A DNA stretch of 64,000 bases, taken from contig DAOUTW010000013.1 of NCBI GenBank assembly GCA_030668485.1, positions 2,902-66,901 of the forward strand, in the 5' to 3' direction. The translations under genes and the position numbers were made by a program. Of this stretch, positions 50,303 through 59,795 are shown piece by piece. Source of the stretch: Candidatus Zixiibacteriota bacterium. Lineage in GTDB: Bacteria > Zixibacteria > MSB-5A5 > GN15 > JAAZOE01. Every line of letters starts with the position of its first letter. The stretch's first letter is position 1. Below the pieces are notes generated by a model. The model was not told the DNA's origin, did no database searches, and worked only from the letters and a program-made list of their open reading frames with translations.

Positions 50303-52243
50303 TTATTGCCGGTATCCGGTAAACGGTTCGGTTACGTATTCCCTGACTTCACGCTCAAAAGCAGGCGGCAAGGGATATGACAGTGCTTTCTGGTAATAAG
50401 CCAAAGCATCTTCGCGCTGATTTTCGAGATCTGCCAGTTTACCCAGTTCCTTCAGGATACGGGTTATAAAGATAGTCCGGGTCGGATGAACCTCAAAATA
50501 TAAAGCCGATTCCAGATAGGATTTCGCCTTGCCCAGATTATCTTCACCGCACATCGCCAGTCCCATATGCGCCTGCCCGATCCGCAGCAGATAGGCCGGC
50601 CAGCTTTTGCCGAACTGGTAAATCTGTTCCATCGATGCCAGAGCGTGGTTGTAGTAATCACTGGCGACGGAAGTATCGCCCTCGGCCAGGGCCAGTTCTC
50701 CCAGCATTATGGCGGATGAGGCCTGACTTAGTTGCGACGGATCTTCATCGATATCGCGCAGGAAATATATCTGGGCGCTATCGAGATTCTCCTGCCAGTA
50801 AAATGTCTGGCCCATTTTGTTCAGGGCAGTCTTGATAGTCGAATCGATTGCCAGAAGACGGTTGTACATAACCACCGCCGAATCGTATTGCCCGTCGATC
50901 AAAAGCAGGTTACCGTAAATAATCAGGTAATTGCTGTTAGTCGGTGAAATATTTATCAGCGATTCGTATAGCGTGCGAGAAGGATCGTAATCACCCCGCA
51001 TATACATGTTCCAGGCTTCCTGGGAATAGACGAAATTGGTGTCGGTATAGGTCTGCATCTTCTGTTTCAATTCGCCCAGGAATAGATCCATACCATCTTC
51101 CCGATTGATGTACATCTCTTTCTCGTAGAAATACTGAATGATCCCTCGGGAAAAGGTTACGGTATCGAGCAATTCATGCCATCCCGACTCGAGTTCGGCC
51201 AGCGGTTTTTCGTATATCTCCTGAAATTGATTCTCAATTTTCAGATCGGACGAGTATTTGTAAAGCTGTTTGAATTTGCTCAGGCCATAGGTATCGATCA
51301 GATATTTCACGAAAGATGAGGCGGCCGAAATATTGTTATGCCCCGGAAGAGAGTAATAGTCGACCGATTTGAGAAGCATCGAAACCGGTGGCAGTTGATC
51401 CGATTGCCGCAGTTCCTTTCCATAGAAATGCGGAAATTCGAAATAGGCCGCCATCCCCTCGGCCAGGAGCGGTGGAGCATAACCAAGGAAGCGATAAATC
51501 CTGAGTAAGTACGCCGGTACCGGATCAACCGTATTATGGTCATGAGTGTAGAGCACGAAGCAATTGGAACGAGGCGGATCGATGGCAAAACCCATTCTCC
51601 GATCCCAGGTGACTTGAGGCAATATGCAGGGCGACAGAAAACAATTGATCTTGCCGGGGAATGCGATCTGGAATAATTCCTTATAATCCTTGAAATTCTT
51701 TTCCATGAAATCGCGCAGCAAATTCCAGCGGGCGTCGGCCAGCGATTGCGGCACAAAATAAAAATCAAAATGAGCCGAAGGATCGAAATTCCAGACGCCG
51801 TCCTGCCGGAAATCATAACCGCATTCCTCATCCGATGCCCCGGCGGTATCGATCGAAACCGGCGAGATTCCGACCCGGTATTCGACGTTTTCCTTGCCGC
51901 GAATATTGCTTATAAAATAGACGCCGCCCGGTTCACTCTGGAATTGTTTGAAAAACGTTTGCGACAATGGCCCCAGGGTGAAAAGCGACAACTGGCAATC
52001 GAAATAGCCGGAATCGTTGTAATCCATCGTTAAATCGAGAGTGAAATTCACGATAAAGCTGGTGTTTTTGACACCCTCGTCGATCGGATAATTTTTCTTC
52101 TCTATCAGGACAAAGCTACCATCGTCGCCGGCCATTTTTTCTCGAACGGTAACTTCACAATTTATTATCCGGGATGACGATGCCTCGCCGACCATGGCCA
52201 GACAAATCAATCCCAGACCCAACAAAATCATTATGCGTTTCAA
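50303..52243 (-). CDS. Exported protein: peptidase-MA-like domain lacking HExxH plus TPR repeats
   Basis: Signal peptide; PPLLAEGMAAYF and SFVKYLIDTYG gluzincin-like motifs; C-terminal TPRs. Confidence 0.65.
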   Translation of the reverse strand: MKRIMILLGLGLICLAMVGEASSSRIINCEVTVREKMAGDDGSFVLIEKKNYPIDEGVKNTSFIVNFTLDLTMDYNDSGYFDCQLSLFTLGPLSQTFFKQFQSEPGGVYFISNIRGKENVEYRVGISPVSIDTAGASDEECGYDFRQDGVWNFDPSAHFDFYFVPQSLADARWNLLRDFMEKNFKDYKELFQIAFPGKINCFLSPCILPQVTWDRRMGFAIDPPRSNCFVLYTHDHNTVDPVPAYLLRIYRFLGYAPPLLAEGMAAYFEFPHFYGKELRQSDQLPPVSMLLKSVDYYSLPGHNNISAASSFVKYLIDTYGLSKFKQLYKYSSDLKIENQFQEIYEKPLAELESGWHELLDTVTFSRGIIQYFYEKEMYINREDGMDLFLGELKQKMQTYTDTNFVYSQEAWNMYMRGDYDPSRTLYESLINISPTNSNYLIIYGNLLLIDGQYDSAVVMYNRLLAIDSTIKTALNKMGQTFYWQENLDSAQIYFLRDIDEDPSQLSQASSAIMLGELALAEGDTSVASDYYNHALASMEQIYQFGKSWPAYLLRIGQAHMGLAMCGEDNLGKAKSYLESALYFEVHPTRTIFITRILKELGKLADLENQREDALAYYQKALSYPLPPAFEREVREYVTEPFTGYRQ

Positions 52244-52389
52244 CCCGACACCTCGTCGTTAGACGGTTTTATCGTTATACAAAGAGTTAACTCCATATAT
52301 CCCAAGTTATCCAAAATACGGCTTTACTCGCAGATTTGCAAACTTAAATGAAAACCGGGAACAACCGACCGTGGTTTCTGAAACAACTT

Positions 52390-53106
52390 CTAAATTGTGC
52401 CGCCGCGGACGATAACATCATTTTTCTTGATCGGGATGAAGTCGAACTTGTCGATGGTGAGGCAGTAGTCGAGATCTTCGGCCAGGTCGATGGTGGCAAG
52501 ATATCGGCCGTGGTATGAATTTCGAGCCCATTCAAGCCAGCGGCCTTCCGATAAATCCACCTGGCGGCAGGCAAACTCGGCGGCATCATCCAATTCAAGA
52601 CTATTATTCCGGAAGCGGGAGATAGTCAGACCGGCCGCCAGAGTATCTTCGGCAGAAAATGTTCCCTCTCGGCCAGCGCAACAAATAATCGGATCAGATT
52701 CAAATTGTGACAGAAAATCCACTGTCGCAGTCAACGAAACGAATGATCCGACGGCGACGTTTTCGAACTTTTCAAAACGACGCAGAAGCTTGGTGCCGTT
52801 GGTAGAATTGAATATCATCGGATGTCCGGCCACTATTTCCGGCTTCATTTCGCGAGGTGAGTTGCCCAGATCATAACCTTTGATTTTCAAACCGGAACGT
52901 TCTCCGGCCATGACGATATCGCCGCCGATTTTTTCCTTCAGCGAATCGGCTTCGGCTCGTGAACCGGCGACATGAATTTCCCGGGCGCCCGCTGCCAGCG
53001 CCGCGGTCATGCTCGTTGAGGCTCGGAATATATCGATAACCACCACCGGCCGTTGCCGGTCGAGATTATCAGGAATACCGGCCTGAATATTATAAAGTTC
53101 AAGCAT
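52390..53106 (-). CDS. comB: 2-phosphosulfolactate phosphatase family protein
   Basis: VVIDIFRASTS, GERSG, LGNSP, STNGT, ED motifs. Confidence 0.9.
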   Translation of the reverse strand: MLELYNIQAGIPDNLDRQRPVVVIDIFRASTSMTAALAAGAREIHVAGSRAEADSLKEKIGGDIVMAGERSGLKIKGYDLGNSPREMKPEIVAGHPMIFNSTNGTKLLRRFEKFENVAVGSFVSLTATVDFLSQFESDPIICCAGREGTFSAEDTLAAGLTISRFRNNSLELDDAAEFACRQVDLSEGRWLEWARNSYHGRYLATIDLAEDLDYCLTIDKFDFIPIKKNDVIVRGGTI

Positions 53107-53115
53107 GCTAAAAGC

Positions 53116-54219
53116 TTACTCAGCCTTTTTATAAAATGGCGGTTTGACAATATCGGCGGCGAATCGCTTGCCCCGGATATCGATTTCAACCGTATTGCCC
53201 GATTTGGATAACTTGCGCGGCACATAGCCCATCGCTATCGGCACTCCCAGCGATGGCGAAACCGTTCCCGAGGTGACGTTGCCGACTTTCTCATCGCCCG
53301 AATAAATATCATAGCCTTGGCGGGGGAAAGCTTTTTGCTGCAGCACCATGCATACCAGTTTGCGCCCCGGCTTTTCCTCTTTGATCTTGGCGATAGCATC
53401 CGATCCGATGAACTCGCCCTTCGCCAGTTTTACGATCCAGCCCAGTCCCGCCTCGATCGGGTTGGTGGTCTGATCGATGTCATTGCCATACAGGGCCATT
53501 TTCATTTCCAGCCGAAGCGAATCGCGAGCGCCGAGGCCGATCAGGGCCATATTGTACTTCTTCCCTGCTTCATTGATCGCCTTCCATAAATGATCGCCCA
53601 TTTCGTTGGGAATATAAAGCTCGTATCCAAGTTCGCCGGTATATCCGGTGCGAGAGAGAAGAACTTTCTTCCCGGCGATCTCAGTCTCGACCGCATAGTA
53701 GTATTCAAGGTTGTCGAGATTAAAGTCGGTTAATTCCTGTAGCAGTTTTTTGGAATTCGGCCCCTGGATAGCCAGCAGTGAAATCTCGTCGCTACGATTA
53801 GTCAAAGATGCACCACCTATTAAATTATCCTCCAGCCACTTGTAATCCTCTTCGATATTGGCGGCATTGACAACCAGCAGATAATGGTCGACCAGGTTGT
53901 AAACCAGCAAATCGTCAACGATACCGCCGTCGGGATAGGTCATGCAGGAATACTGAATCTGATTCGGTTCCAGGGCGGCCACATCGTTAGTCGTCACCTT
54001 CTGGAGGAACTCAAGGGCTTTCGGGCCGGACAGTTCGAACTCGCCCATATGGGTCAAATCGAACAACCCGACATTGTTTCGCACCGCTTTATGCTCCTCG
54101 ATGATGCCGGAATACTGCACCGGCATATTATATCCTGCAAACGGAACCATTTTGGCTCCGGCGGCAATATGATAGTCGGTGTAGGGGGTGCGTTTCAAGT
54201 TTTCTATATCACTACTCAT
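53116..54219 (-). CDS. gcvT: Glycine cleavage system aminomethyltransferase T
   Basis: PFAGYNMPVQY, FDLTHMGE, RTGYTGELGYE, GARDSLRLE motifs. Confidence 0.97.
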   Translation of the reverse strand: MSSDIENLKRTPYTDYHIAAGAKMVPFAGYNMPVQYSGIIEEHKAVRNNVGLFDLTHMGEFELSGPKALEFLQKVTTNDVAALEPNQIQYSCMTYPDGGIVDDLLVYNLVDHYLLVVNAANIEEDYKWLEDNLIGGASLTNRSDEISLLAIQGPNSKKLLQELTDFNLDNLEYYYAVETEIAGKKVLLSRTGYTGELGYELYIPNEMGDHLWKAINEAGKKYNMALIGLGARDSLRLEMKMALYGNDIDQTTNPIEAGLGWIVKLAKGEFIGSDAIAKIKEEKPGRKLVCMVLQQKAFPRQGYDIYSGDEKVGNVTSGTVSPSLGVPIAMGYVPRKLSKSGNTVEIDIRGKRFAADIVKPPFYKKAE

Positions 54220-54277
54220 TCTCTTTTACTCTTTCTTTAAACTACTTCCTGGGTGGAGATCGATAAGTGAGATTTGC

Positions 54278-54319
54278 TGCCGCCATACCGGGCGATATAT
54301 CATAACCGGTATGGCGGCA
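54278..54319. repeat. Perfect 14-bp inverted repeat between the aconitase gene and gcvT
   Basis: TGCCGCCATACCGG-14 nt-CCGGTATGGCGGCA. Confidence 0.85.
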
Positions 54320-54385
54320 ATTCCGAATTGTATCAGGTCGGCGGACAACATAATGAATCGATTCCCGGGAATATGTCTGGGCTGT

Positions 54386-56314
54386 TTACTTCCCACCTCC
54401 GCGAGTATAATTCAACAAGCCGCCGGCGCGAACGATCGCCACCTGACGCGGAGTCAGGCTGTAGGTAACCGGGATATCGATCCCTTTGGTCAGATTCTTG
54501 ACCGTCAGATCGGCGCCGGTCGAGATAATATCGGCCACCATCGGCAATTTCAAATTGTCACCCTGTTCAATCTTGTCGTAATCGGCCGGTTCGGCGAACG
54601 TCAACGGCAGAATACCGAAATTGATCAGATTAGCCAGATGAATACGCGCGAAAGATATAGTCAAAACCATTTTCAGGCCGAGGTACATCGGCGCCAGAGC
54701 GGCATGTTCACGAGACGAGCCCTGCCCATAGTTTTCTCCGCCGACAATAAATCCACCGTTTTTCTGCTTGGCCCGCTTGACAAAATCGGGATCGAGGTAA
54801 GTGTATACAAACTCGGAGATTTTGGGAATATTCGAGCGAAGGGGCAGAATTTTGGCGCCGGCCGGCATAATATGATCGGTCGTGATATTGTCGCCGGTTT
54901 TGAGCAGAACGTCTCCCTCGAGAGTCGAAGGCATCGCTTTGTTGATCGGCAGCGGGGCAATATTGGGGCCGCGCAGGATCTTGACCTTACTCGGCGTTTT
55001 GGATGGCGGAATTATTCCGGAATCGTCGATCTTGATCTTTTCCGGTAATTTGATTTTGGGATACCTGCCCAGTTCGCTCGGGTCGGTGATATAGCCGGTG
55101 ATGGCAGCGGCGACACAGGTCTCCGGGCTGGCGAGGTATACCTGGGCATCTTTGGTCCCGGAGCGACCGGGAAAGTTGCGATTGAATGACCGGACCGAAA
55201 CCGCACCCGAATTCGGCGCCTGGCCCATACCGATGCATGGCCCACAGGCCGATTCGACGATGCGGGCTCCCGCAGCGATCATATGTGTCAGGCTGCCATT
55301 CTCCGATATCGCCTCAAAAACCTGTTTGGATCCGGGAGTTATCGTACAGGAAACCTCGGAATGAATCTTTTTGCCTTTGAGCAGGGCGGCGGTGATCATC
55401 AGGTCGGAGAGCGAGGAGTTGGTGCAACTGCCGATACATACTTGGTCTACCTTGACCCGCTTGATCGACTTGACTTTGACCACGCTATCCGGCGAATGCG
55501 GCTTGGCGATCAGGGGCTCCAGTTTATCGAGATTTATTTTAACCACTTTGGAATATTTGGCATCGGGATCGGCCTCCCAGCGCGACCATTCTTTGACACG
55601 CTTTTGCAATTTCATATATTCCTTGGTATTATCATCCGAGGGGAAAACCGAGGTGGTAGCGCCTAATTCGGCGCCCATGTTGGTAATCGTCGCTCGCTGC
55701 GTAACCGACAGGTTTTTGACTCCGGGACCGCCATACTCGATAATCCGGCCCAGACCGCCCTTGACGGAGAGGACGCGTAGCACCTCCAGAATAATATCTT
55801 TGGCAGTGACGAACGGTTTCAACTTGCCGGTCAGGTGAATTTTGACTACTTCCGGCATCTTCAGGTAAAAGGCCCCGCCGCCCATCGCAACCGCGACATC
55901 GAGTCCGCCGGCTCCCATCGCCAGCATACCGATACCGCCGCCGGTCGGCGTGTGCGAATCGGAACCGAGCAGAGTTTTGCCGGGGCTTCCGAAACGCTCC
56001 AGATGTACCTGGTGACAGATGCCATTGCCCGGCCGGGAAAAATATATCCCGTATTTGCTGGCAACCGATTGAAGGTACTTATGGTCGTCGGCATTCTCAA
56101 AACCGGCCTGGAGCATGTTATGATCGATATAACTGACCGACAAATCGGTCTGAATTTTCTTTAATCCCAGCGCTTCGAATTGGAGATATGCCATCGTTCC
56201 GGTGGCATCCTGGGTCAGTGTTTGATCGATTTTTAACGCTATGTCTTCTCCCGTTTCCATCTTGCCGTTAACAAGATGAGCGGAGATTATTTTTTCGGCT
56301 AAGTTCATTCCCAT
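54386..56314 (-). CDS. Aconitate hydratase (single-chain aconitase family)
   Basis: QDATGT, DSHTPTGG, GSCTNSS, CGPCIGMG, NRNFPGR, TTDHI, GQGSSREHAA motifs. Confidence 0.93.
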   Translation of the reverse strand: MGMNLAEKIISAHLVNGKMETGEDIALKIDQTLTQDATGTMAYLQFEALGLKKIQTDLSVSYIDHNMLQAGFENADDHKYLQSVASKYGIYFSRPGNGICHQVHLERFGSPGKTLLGSDSHTPTGGGIGMLAMGAGGLDVAVAMGGGAFYLKMPEVVKIHLTGKLKPFVTAKDIILEVLRVLSVKGGLGRIIEYGGPGVKNLSVTQRATITNMGAELGATTSVFPSDDNTKEYMKLQKRVKEWSRWEADPDAKYSKVVKINLDKLEPLIAKPHSPDSVVKVKSIKRVKVDQVCIGSCTNSSLSDLMITAALLKGKKIHSEVSCTITPGSKQVFEAISENGSLTHMIAAGARIVESACGPCIGMGQAPNSGAVSVRSFNRNFPGRSGTKDAQVYLASPETCVAAAITGYITDPSELGRYPKIKLPEKIKIDDSGIIPPSKTPSKVKILRGPNIAPLPINKAMPSTLEGDVLLKTGDNITTDHIMPAGAKILPLRSNIPKISEFVYTYLDPDFVKRAKQKNGGFIVGGENYGQGSSREHAALAPMYLGLKMVLTISFARIHLANLINFGILPLTFAEPADYDKIEQGDNLKLPMVADIISTGADLTVKNLTKGIDIPVTYSLTPRQVAIVRAGGLLNYTRGGGK

Positions 56315-56405
56315 GAGCAAACTCCTTTTTATGATACCCGAACATTATACAGATTGTAAAAGAAAGGCGAAACTTCCCGAATGTCAACAGATTATTCAGT
56401 GCACC

Positions 56406-56434
56406 TTGATTGCTGGGACGAAAATTGTTATAAT
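56406..56434 (+). promoter_or_regulatory. sigma70 promoter of the ispE operon
   Basis: TTGATT-17 nt-TATAAT; ATG 56441 lies 6 nt after the -10 box. Confidence 0.65.
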
Positions 56435-56440
56435 ATGGTC

Positions 56441-57361
56441 ATGGAAAAACCAAGGGGCATAATACCCGATTTCGGGGGAACGGTAGATAAATCCGAAAAA
56501 TCGGTATTTATTTCGGCGCCGGCCAAGATTAATTTGTTCCTGAAAGTGACCGGCAAAAGACCTGACGGGTATCATAATATTTTTTCATGGTTTCAGGCGC
56601 TTGACCTGTGCGATCATCTGGAAATCGAAAAAATCCGGGAGTCGAAAATCGAAATTATCACCGACGCCGATAATATCCCAACAGGTCCGGAAAATCTGGT
56701 ATATCAAGCAGCCCAGTTGGTTAGAAGTAGAGCAGGATACCGCGAAGGGTTTAGAATCAAGCTATGGAAAAACATTCCGGTCGGGGCCGGTTTGGGCGGC
56801 GGGTCGTCAGATGCTGCCTCCTTGATCAAGGGATGTGACCGACTTTTGGGATTGGGGTGGAGCCGCGCCGTTATGTCCGTCGCGGGACTGGAGTTGGGAT
56901 CGGACATTCCGTTTTTCTTCAGCCGCGGGCAGGCCGAGGTGACCGGCCGTGGAGAAATTGTCAAATTGATCGAACTTCCCACTGATTATCAGGTTGTGCT
57001 GGTGACTCCTTCCTTCGAAATTCGGGCGGAGGAGGCCTACAGAAAACTCAGATTGGACTTGACAGCCCAGCTTATGGGTGTTAACTTTAAGGGCTGCCGG
57101 CAGGCTCGGGAGCTATTCCAAATTATTTCCAAGTCGGCGAACGACTTGGAGAGAACTCTTCGGGAATCTTACCCGATATTGGATAAGATAGAAGAAAAAT
57201 TGAGAATATTAGGGGCGAATATTGTCAGGATTAGTGGAAGTGGACCGACAGTATTTGCTCTATTTGACAACGGGACTATTTCGGATAAAATGCTGAAACA
57301 CACTTTTAAGGGGGAAGGATGGGGCTTGTTTTTGGCATGCCCTATAGTCCTGCCCGCATAG
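56441..57361 (+). CDS. ispE: 4-diphosphocytidyl-2-C-methyl-D-erythritol kinase
   Basis: APAKINLFL, IPVGAGLGGGSSDA, LGSDIPFF, SGSGPTVF motifs; start uncertain. Confidence 0.95.
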   Translation: MEKPRGIIPDFGGTVDKSEKSVFISAPAKINLFLKVTGKRPDGYHNIFSWFQALDLCDHLEIEKIRESKIEIITDADNIPTGPENLVYQAAQLVRSRAGYREGFRIKLWKNIPVGAGLGGGSSDAASLIKGCDRLLGLGWSRAVMSVAGLELGSDIPFFFSRGQAEVTGRGEIVKLIELPTDYQVVLVTPSFEIRAEEAYRKLRLDLTAQLMGVNFKGCRQARELFQIISKSANDLERTLRESYPILDKIEEKLRILGANIVRISGSGPTVFALFDNGTISDKMLKHTFKGEGWGLFLACPIVLPA

Positions 57362-57398
57362 AACGAGCTAACCATAGATCAGCGGGAGGAGATCAGCA

Positions 57399-57677
57399 GT
57401 GGAGATTACCGAAATCCGAATCACGTTGCGCGACGAAGACAAGTTGAAAGGTTTCGCCAATGTTACCTTCGACAACGCTTTTGTCGTCCGTGGACTCAAG
57501 ATTATCTCAGGTAACTCCGGGTATTTTGTGTCCATGCCGAGTCGTAAAAGGCCGGACGGGACTCATCAGGACATTTGTCATCCGATCAACAACGAAACCC
57601 GTCAGATGATTGAGGAAAAAGTTCTTGAGGCGTACGACCGAGAGTTAAAAGCCTCAACGGCCAAGGAAACGACATAA
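57399..57677 (+). CDS. spoVG: SpoVG family nucleic-acid-binding protein
   Basis: ITEIRI...LKGFANVTFDNAFVVRGLKII...FVSMPSRK...DICHPI; SD GGGAGG, GTG start. Confidence 0.95.
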   Translation: MEITEIRITLRDEDKLKGFANVTFDNAFVVRGLKIISGNSGYFVSMPSRKRPDGTHQDICHPINNETRQMIEEKVLEAYDRELKASTAKETT

Positions 57678-57682
57678 GACGC

Positions 57683-57757
57683 TGGGGCGTCGTCAAGTGG
57701 TAAGACACAAGCCTTTGGAGCTTGCATTCGCAGGTTCGAATCCTGCCGCCCCAGCCA
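57683..57757 (+). tRNA. trnQ: tRNA-Gln (anticodon TTG), CCA encoded
   Basis: Acceptor TGGGGCG/CGCCCCA, D-loop AAGTGGTAA, anticodon arm CAAGC-CTTTGGA-GCTTG, T-loop GTTCGAATC. Confidence 0.97.
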
Positions 57758-57778
57758 TATGTTGCTGGCAAAAACAAT

Positions 57779-57818
57779 ACCTGTCTTGTCCCAATTAATT
57801 GATCAGGACAGGTTTTTT
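57779..57818 (+). terminator. Terminator between tRNA-Gln and prs
   Basis: ACCTGTCTTG/CAGGACAGGT stem plus T-run. Confidence 0.65.
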
Positions 57819-57847
57819 ATCTTGAAGAAATCATAGGTGAGACGAGT

Positions 57848-58792
57848 ATGCTGAACAACAAGCATGTCCGGATAATCTGCGGAACATCGAACCCCCCTCT
57901 GGGATACGCGATCGCCCGTAAACTAAACGTCCCTCTTTGCAATACTGAAATCCGGCGTTTTTCGGATGGAGAGCTTTTCGTCCAGATCAATGAAAACATT
58001 CGTGGAGCCAACGTATTCATTATCCAGTCAACCAACCCTCCGGGCGACAATATCATGGAATTGCTGATGCTGATCGAGGCCTCCCGGCGCGCCTCAGCCA
58101 AAAATATCACCGCGGTTATCCCTTATTTCGGATACGCCAGGGCCGATCGCAAGGAAATGCCCAGGGTCAGTATCACGGCCAAACTGGTCGCCGATCTTTT
58201 ATTTGCCGCCGGCGCCAGCCGGGTGATTACCATGGACTTACATGCAGCTCAGATACAGGGTTTTTTCAGTATTCCGGTTGATCACCTCTATTCGTCGATT
58301 TTGTTCAACGGCTATTTACAGCAAATCCCGACCAACAAGCTGGTGATAGTCAGTCCCGATGTCGGGTCGATCAAGGTTGCCCGCTCCTTCGCCAAAATCA
58401 TGCATGCCGGTCTGGCGATTATCGATAAACGGCGCCCGGTGCAGAACGAGGCCGAGGTAATGCATATTATCGGTGAGGTCGAGGGACATGATGTTATCCT
58501 TCGAGATGACATGATTGACACCGCCGGAACCATGGCCAACGCCGCCAAAGCCCTCCAAGAGAACGGTTGCGGCAAAATTTACGCCTGCGCAGCCCATGGA
58601 GTTTTATCAGGAAAATCGCTGGAAAGACTTGACAATTCCCCGATTGAGAAAGTTATTATATCCGACTCGATAGATAACAGCGGTCGGAACTTATCAAATA
58701 AGTTCGTTGTTCTAAGTTGTGCCGACATTTTGGCCGAAACTATTGACCGCATTGAAACCGACGCTTCGGTGTCGATTATGTTTAGTGACTGA
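57848..58792 (+). CDS. prs: Ribose-phosphate pyrophosphokinase
   Basis: FSDGE, PYFGYARADRK, DLHAAQIQGFF, VSPDVG, DDMIDTAGT motifs. Confidence 0.98.
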   Translation: MLNNKHVRIICGTSNPPLGYAIARKLNVPLCNTEIRRFSDGELFVQINENIRGANVFIIQSTNPPGDNIMELLMLIEASRRASAKNITAVIPYFGYARADRKEMPRVSITAKLVADLLFAAGASRVITMDLHAAQIQGFFSIPVDHLYSSILFNGYLQQIPTNKLVIVSPDVGSIKVARSFAKIMHAGLAIIDKRRPVQNEAEVMHIIGEVEGHDVILRDDMIDTAGTMANAAKALQENGCGKIYACAAHGVLSGKSLERLDNSPIEKVIISDSIDNSGRNLSNKFVVLSCADILAETIDRIETDASVSIMFSD

Positions 58793-58823
58793 AGTTATGA
58801 CAAGCAACGTGGAGGTTTGACAG

Positions 58824-59552
58824 GTGAAAGAGCTTAATCTGACGGTTGAGAAACGGGACGAAACCGGAAAAGGCCCCAACCGGCGTCTGCGCCGGGAAGG
58901 CGATATCCCCGCTGTAATTTATGGCCCCGAAACGGACCCGATTTCTGTAAAGGTCAACTACCGAACCCTGTATCGATTGATGCATGAAGTTCCCTTAAAT
59001 ACTATTATCAACCTGGATATAAACGGCGATGATACTCCTCCGCGGAAAGTTCTGATCCGCGATCTGCAGAAAAATCCCGTTTCCGGCGAATTGGTCCATC
59101 TCGATTTTCATAATATCCCGATGGACAAACCGATTACTTTGACTATCCCGATCACCGCTGTCGGTATTCCGGAAGGTGTCAAAACCTTTGGCGGTATTGT
59201 TCAGTATGCCAAGCGAGAAATCGATATCTCCTGCCTGCCGACCAATATCCCGGAAAAAATCGAAATTGATATCACCGCCTTGAATGTCGGCGATTCGATT
59301 CACGTATCCGATCTCGAGCTTGGCGACGTAGAAATCATGACCGAGCCGGAGCGGACCCTGATCACAGTTGTCGCCCCGACGGTTATCAAGGCCACCGCCG
59401 AGGAAGAGGCTGCAGCCGCTGAAGCCGAAGAAGCTGCTGAAGGCGAAGAAGGTGAAGAAGGCGAAGCCAAAGAAGGTGACGCCAAAGAAGGCGAAGCTAA
59501 AGAAGGTGACGCCAAAGAGGCCAAAGGCAAGGACGAGGGCCGCAAGAAATAG
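58824..59552 (+). CDS. rplY: 50S ribosomal protein L25/Ctc (long form)
   Basis: GKGPNRRLRREGDIPAVIYG, HLDF, CLPTNIPE motifs; acidic tail. Confidence 0.97.
   Translation: MKELNLTVEKRDETGKGPNRRLRREGDIPAVIYGPETDPISVKVNYRTLYRLMHEVPLNTIINLDINGDDTPPRKVLIRDLQKNPVSGELVHLDFHNIPMDKPITLTIPITAVGIPEGVKTFGGIVQYAKREIDISCLPTNIPEKIEIDITALNVGDSIHVSDLELGDVEIMTEPERTLITVVAPTVIKATAEEEAAAAEAEEAAEGEEGEEGEAKEGDAKEGEAKEGDAKEAKGKDEGRKK
59460..59519 (+). repeat. 15-nt tandem repeat x4 (G[E/D]AKE) in the rplY tail
   Basis: GGCGAAGCCAAAGAA / GGTGACGCCAAAGAA / GGCGAAGCTAAAGAA / GGTGACGCCAAAGAG. Confidence 0.9.
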
Positions 59553-59605
59553 CAGCCGGACTCTGTCCTTAATTGCCTCGAACTACCAGATGCCAAAATC
59601 ATATG

Positions 59606-59631
59606 CAAAGCCCGCCATTCCGGCGGGCTTT
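59606..59631 (+). terminator. Terminator after rplY
   Basis: AAAGCCCGCC/GGCGGGCTTT stem; near-identical to 61762-61794. Confidence 0.7.
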
Positions 59632-59693
59632 CCTTATTATGATTTCGGCTAAGTTATAATCTCAGTTAGTGTATTCATTTTACAGATTAGTGC

Positions 59694-59722
59694 TTGACAC
59701 TACGGAACTTAATAAGTATTAT
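59694..59722 (+). promoter_or_regulatory. sigma70 promoter of dockerin gene 1
   Basis: TTGACA-17 nt-TATTAT. Confidence 0.6.
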
Positions 59723-59795
59723 TTACGTGTAACCAACGGGTTTCTTGCAATCTTATTAATCAGAATCAATATCTTCCACATGAGGAGACCAAATC

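Noticed and set aside
52390-53106. Coenzyme M biosynthesis inferred from comB
   Set aside because: No comA/C/D/E nearby; orphan ComB-family phosphatases are common in bacteria.
54220-54385. Expected glycine riboswitch upstream of gcvT
   Set aside because: No GGAGA / CCGAAG / CUCAGG motifs on the minus strand; only a perfect inverted repeat is present.
57683-57850. tRNA-Gln as an integration site for a mobile element
   Set aside because: No integrase, no duplicated tRNA 3' end in the window, and prs follows in normal order.
59400-59552. Repeat in the rplY tail as a contingency locus
   Set aside because: In-frame low-complexity acidic tails are ordinary for long-form L25/Ctc.
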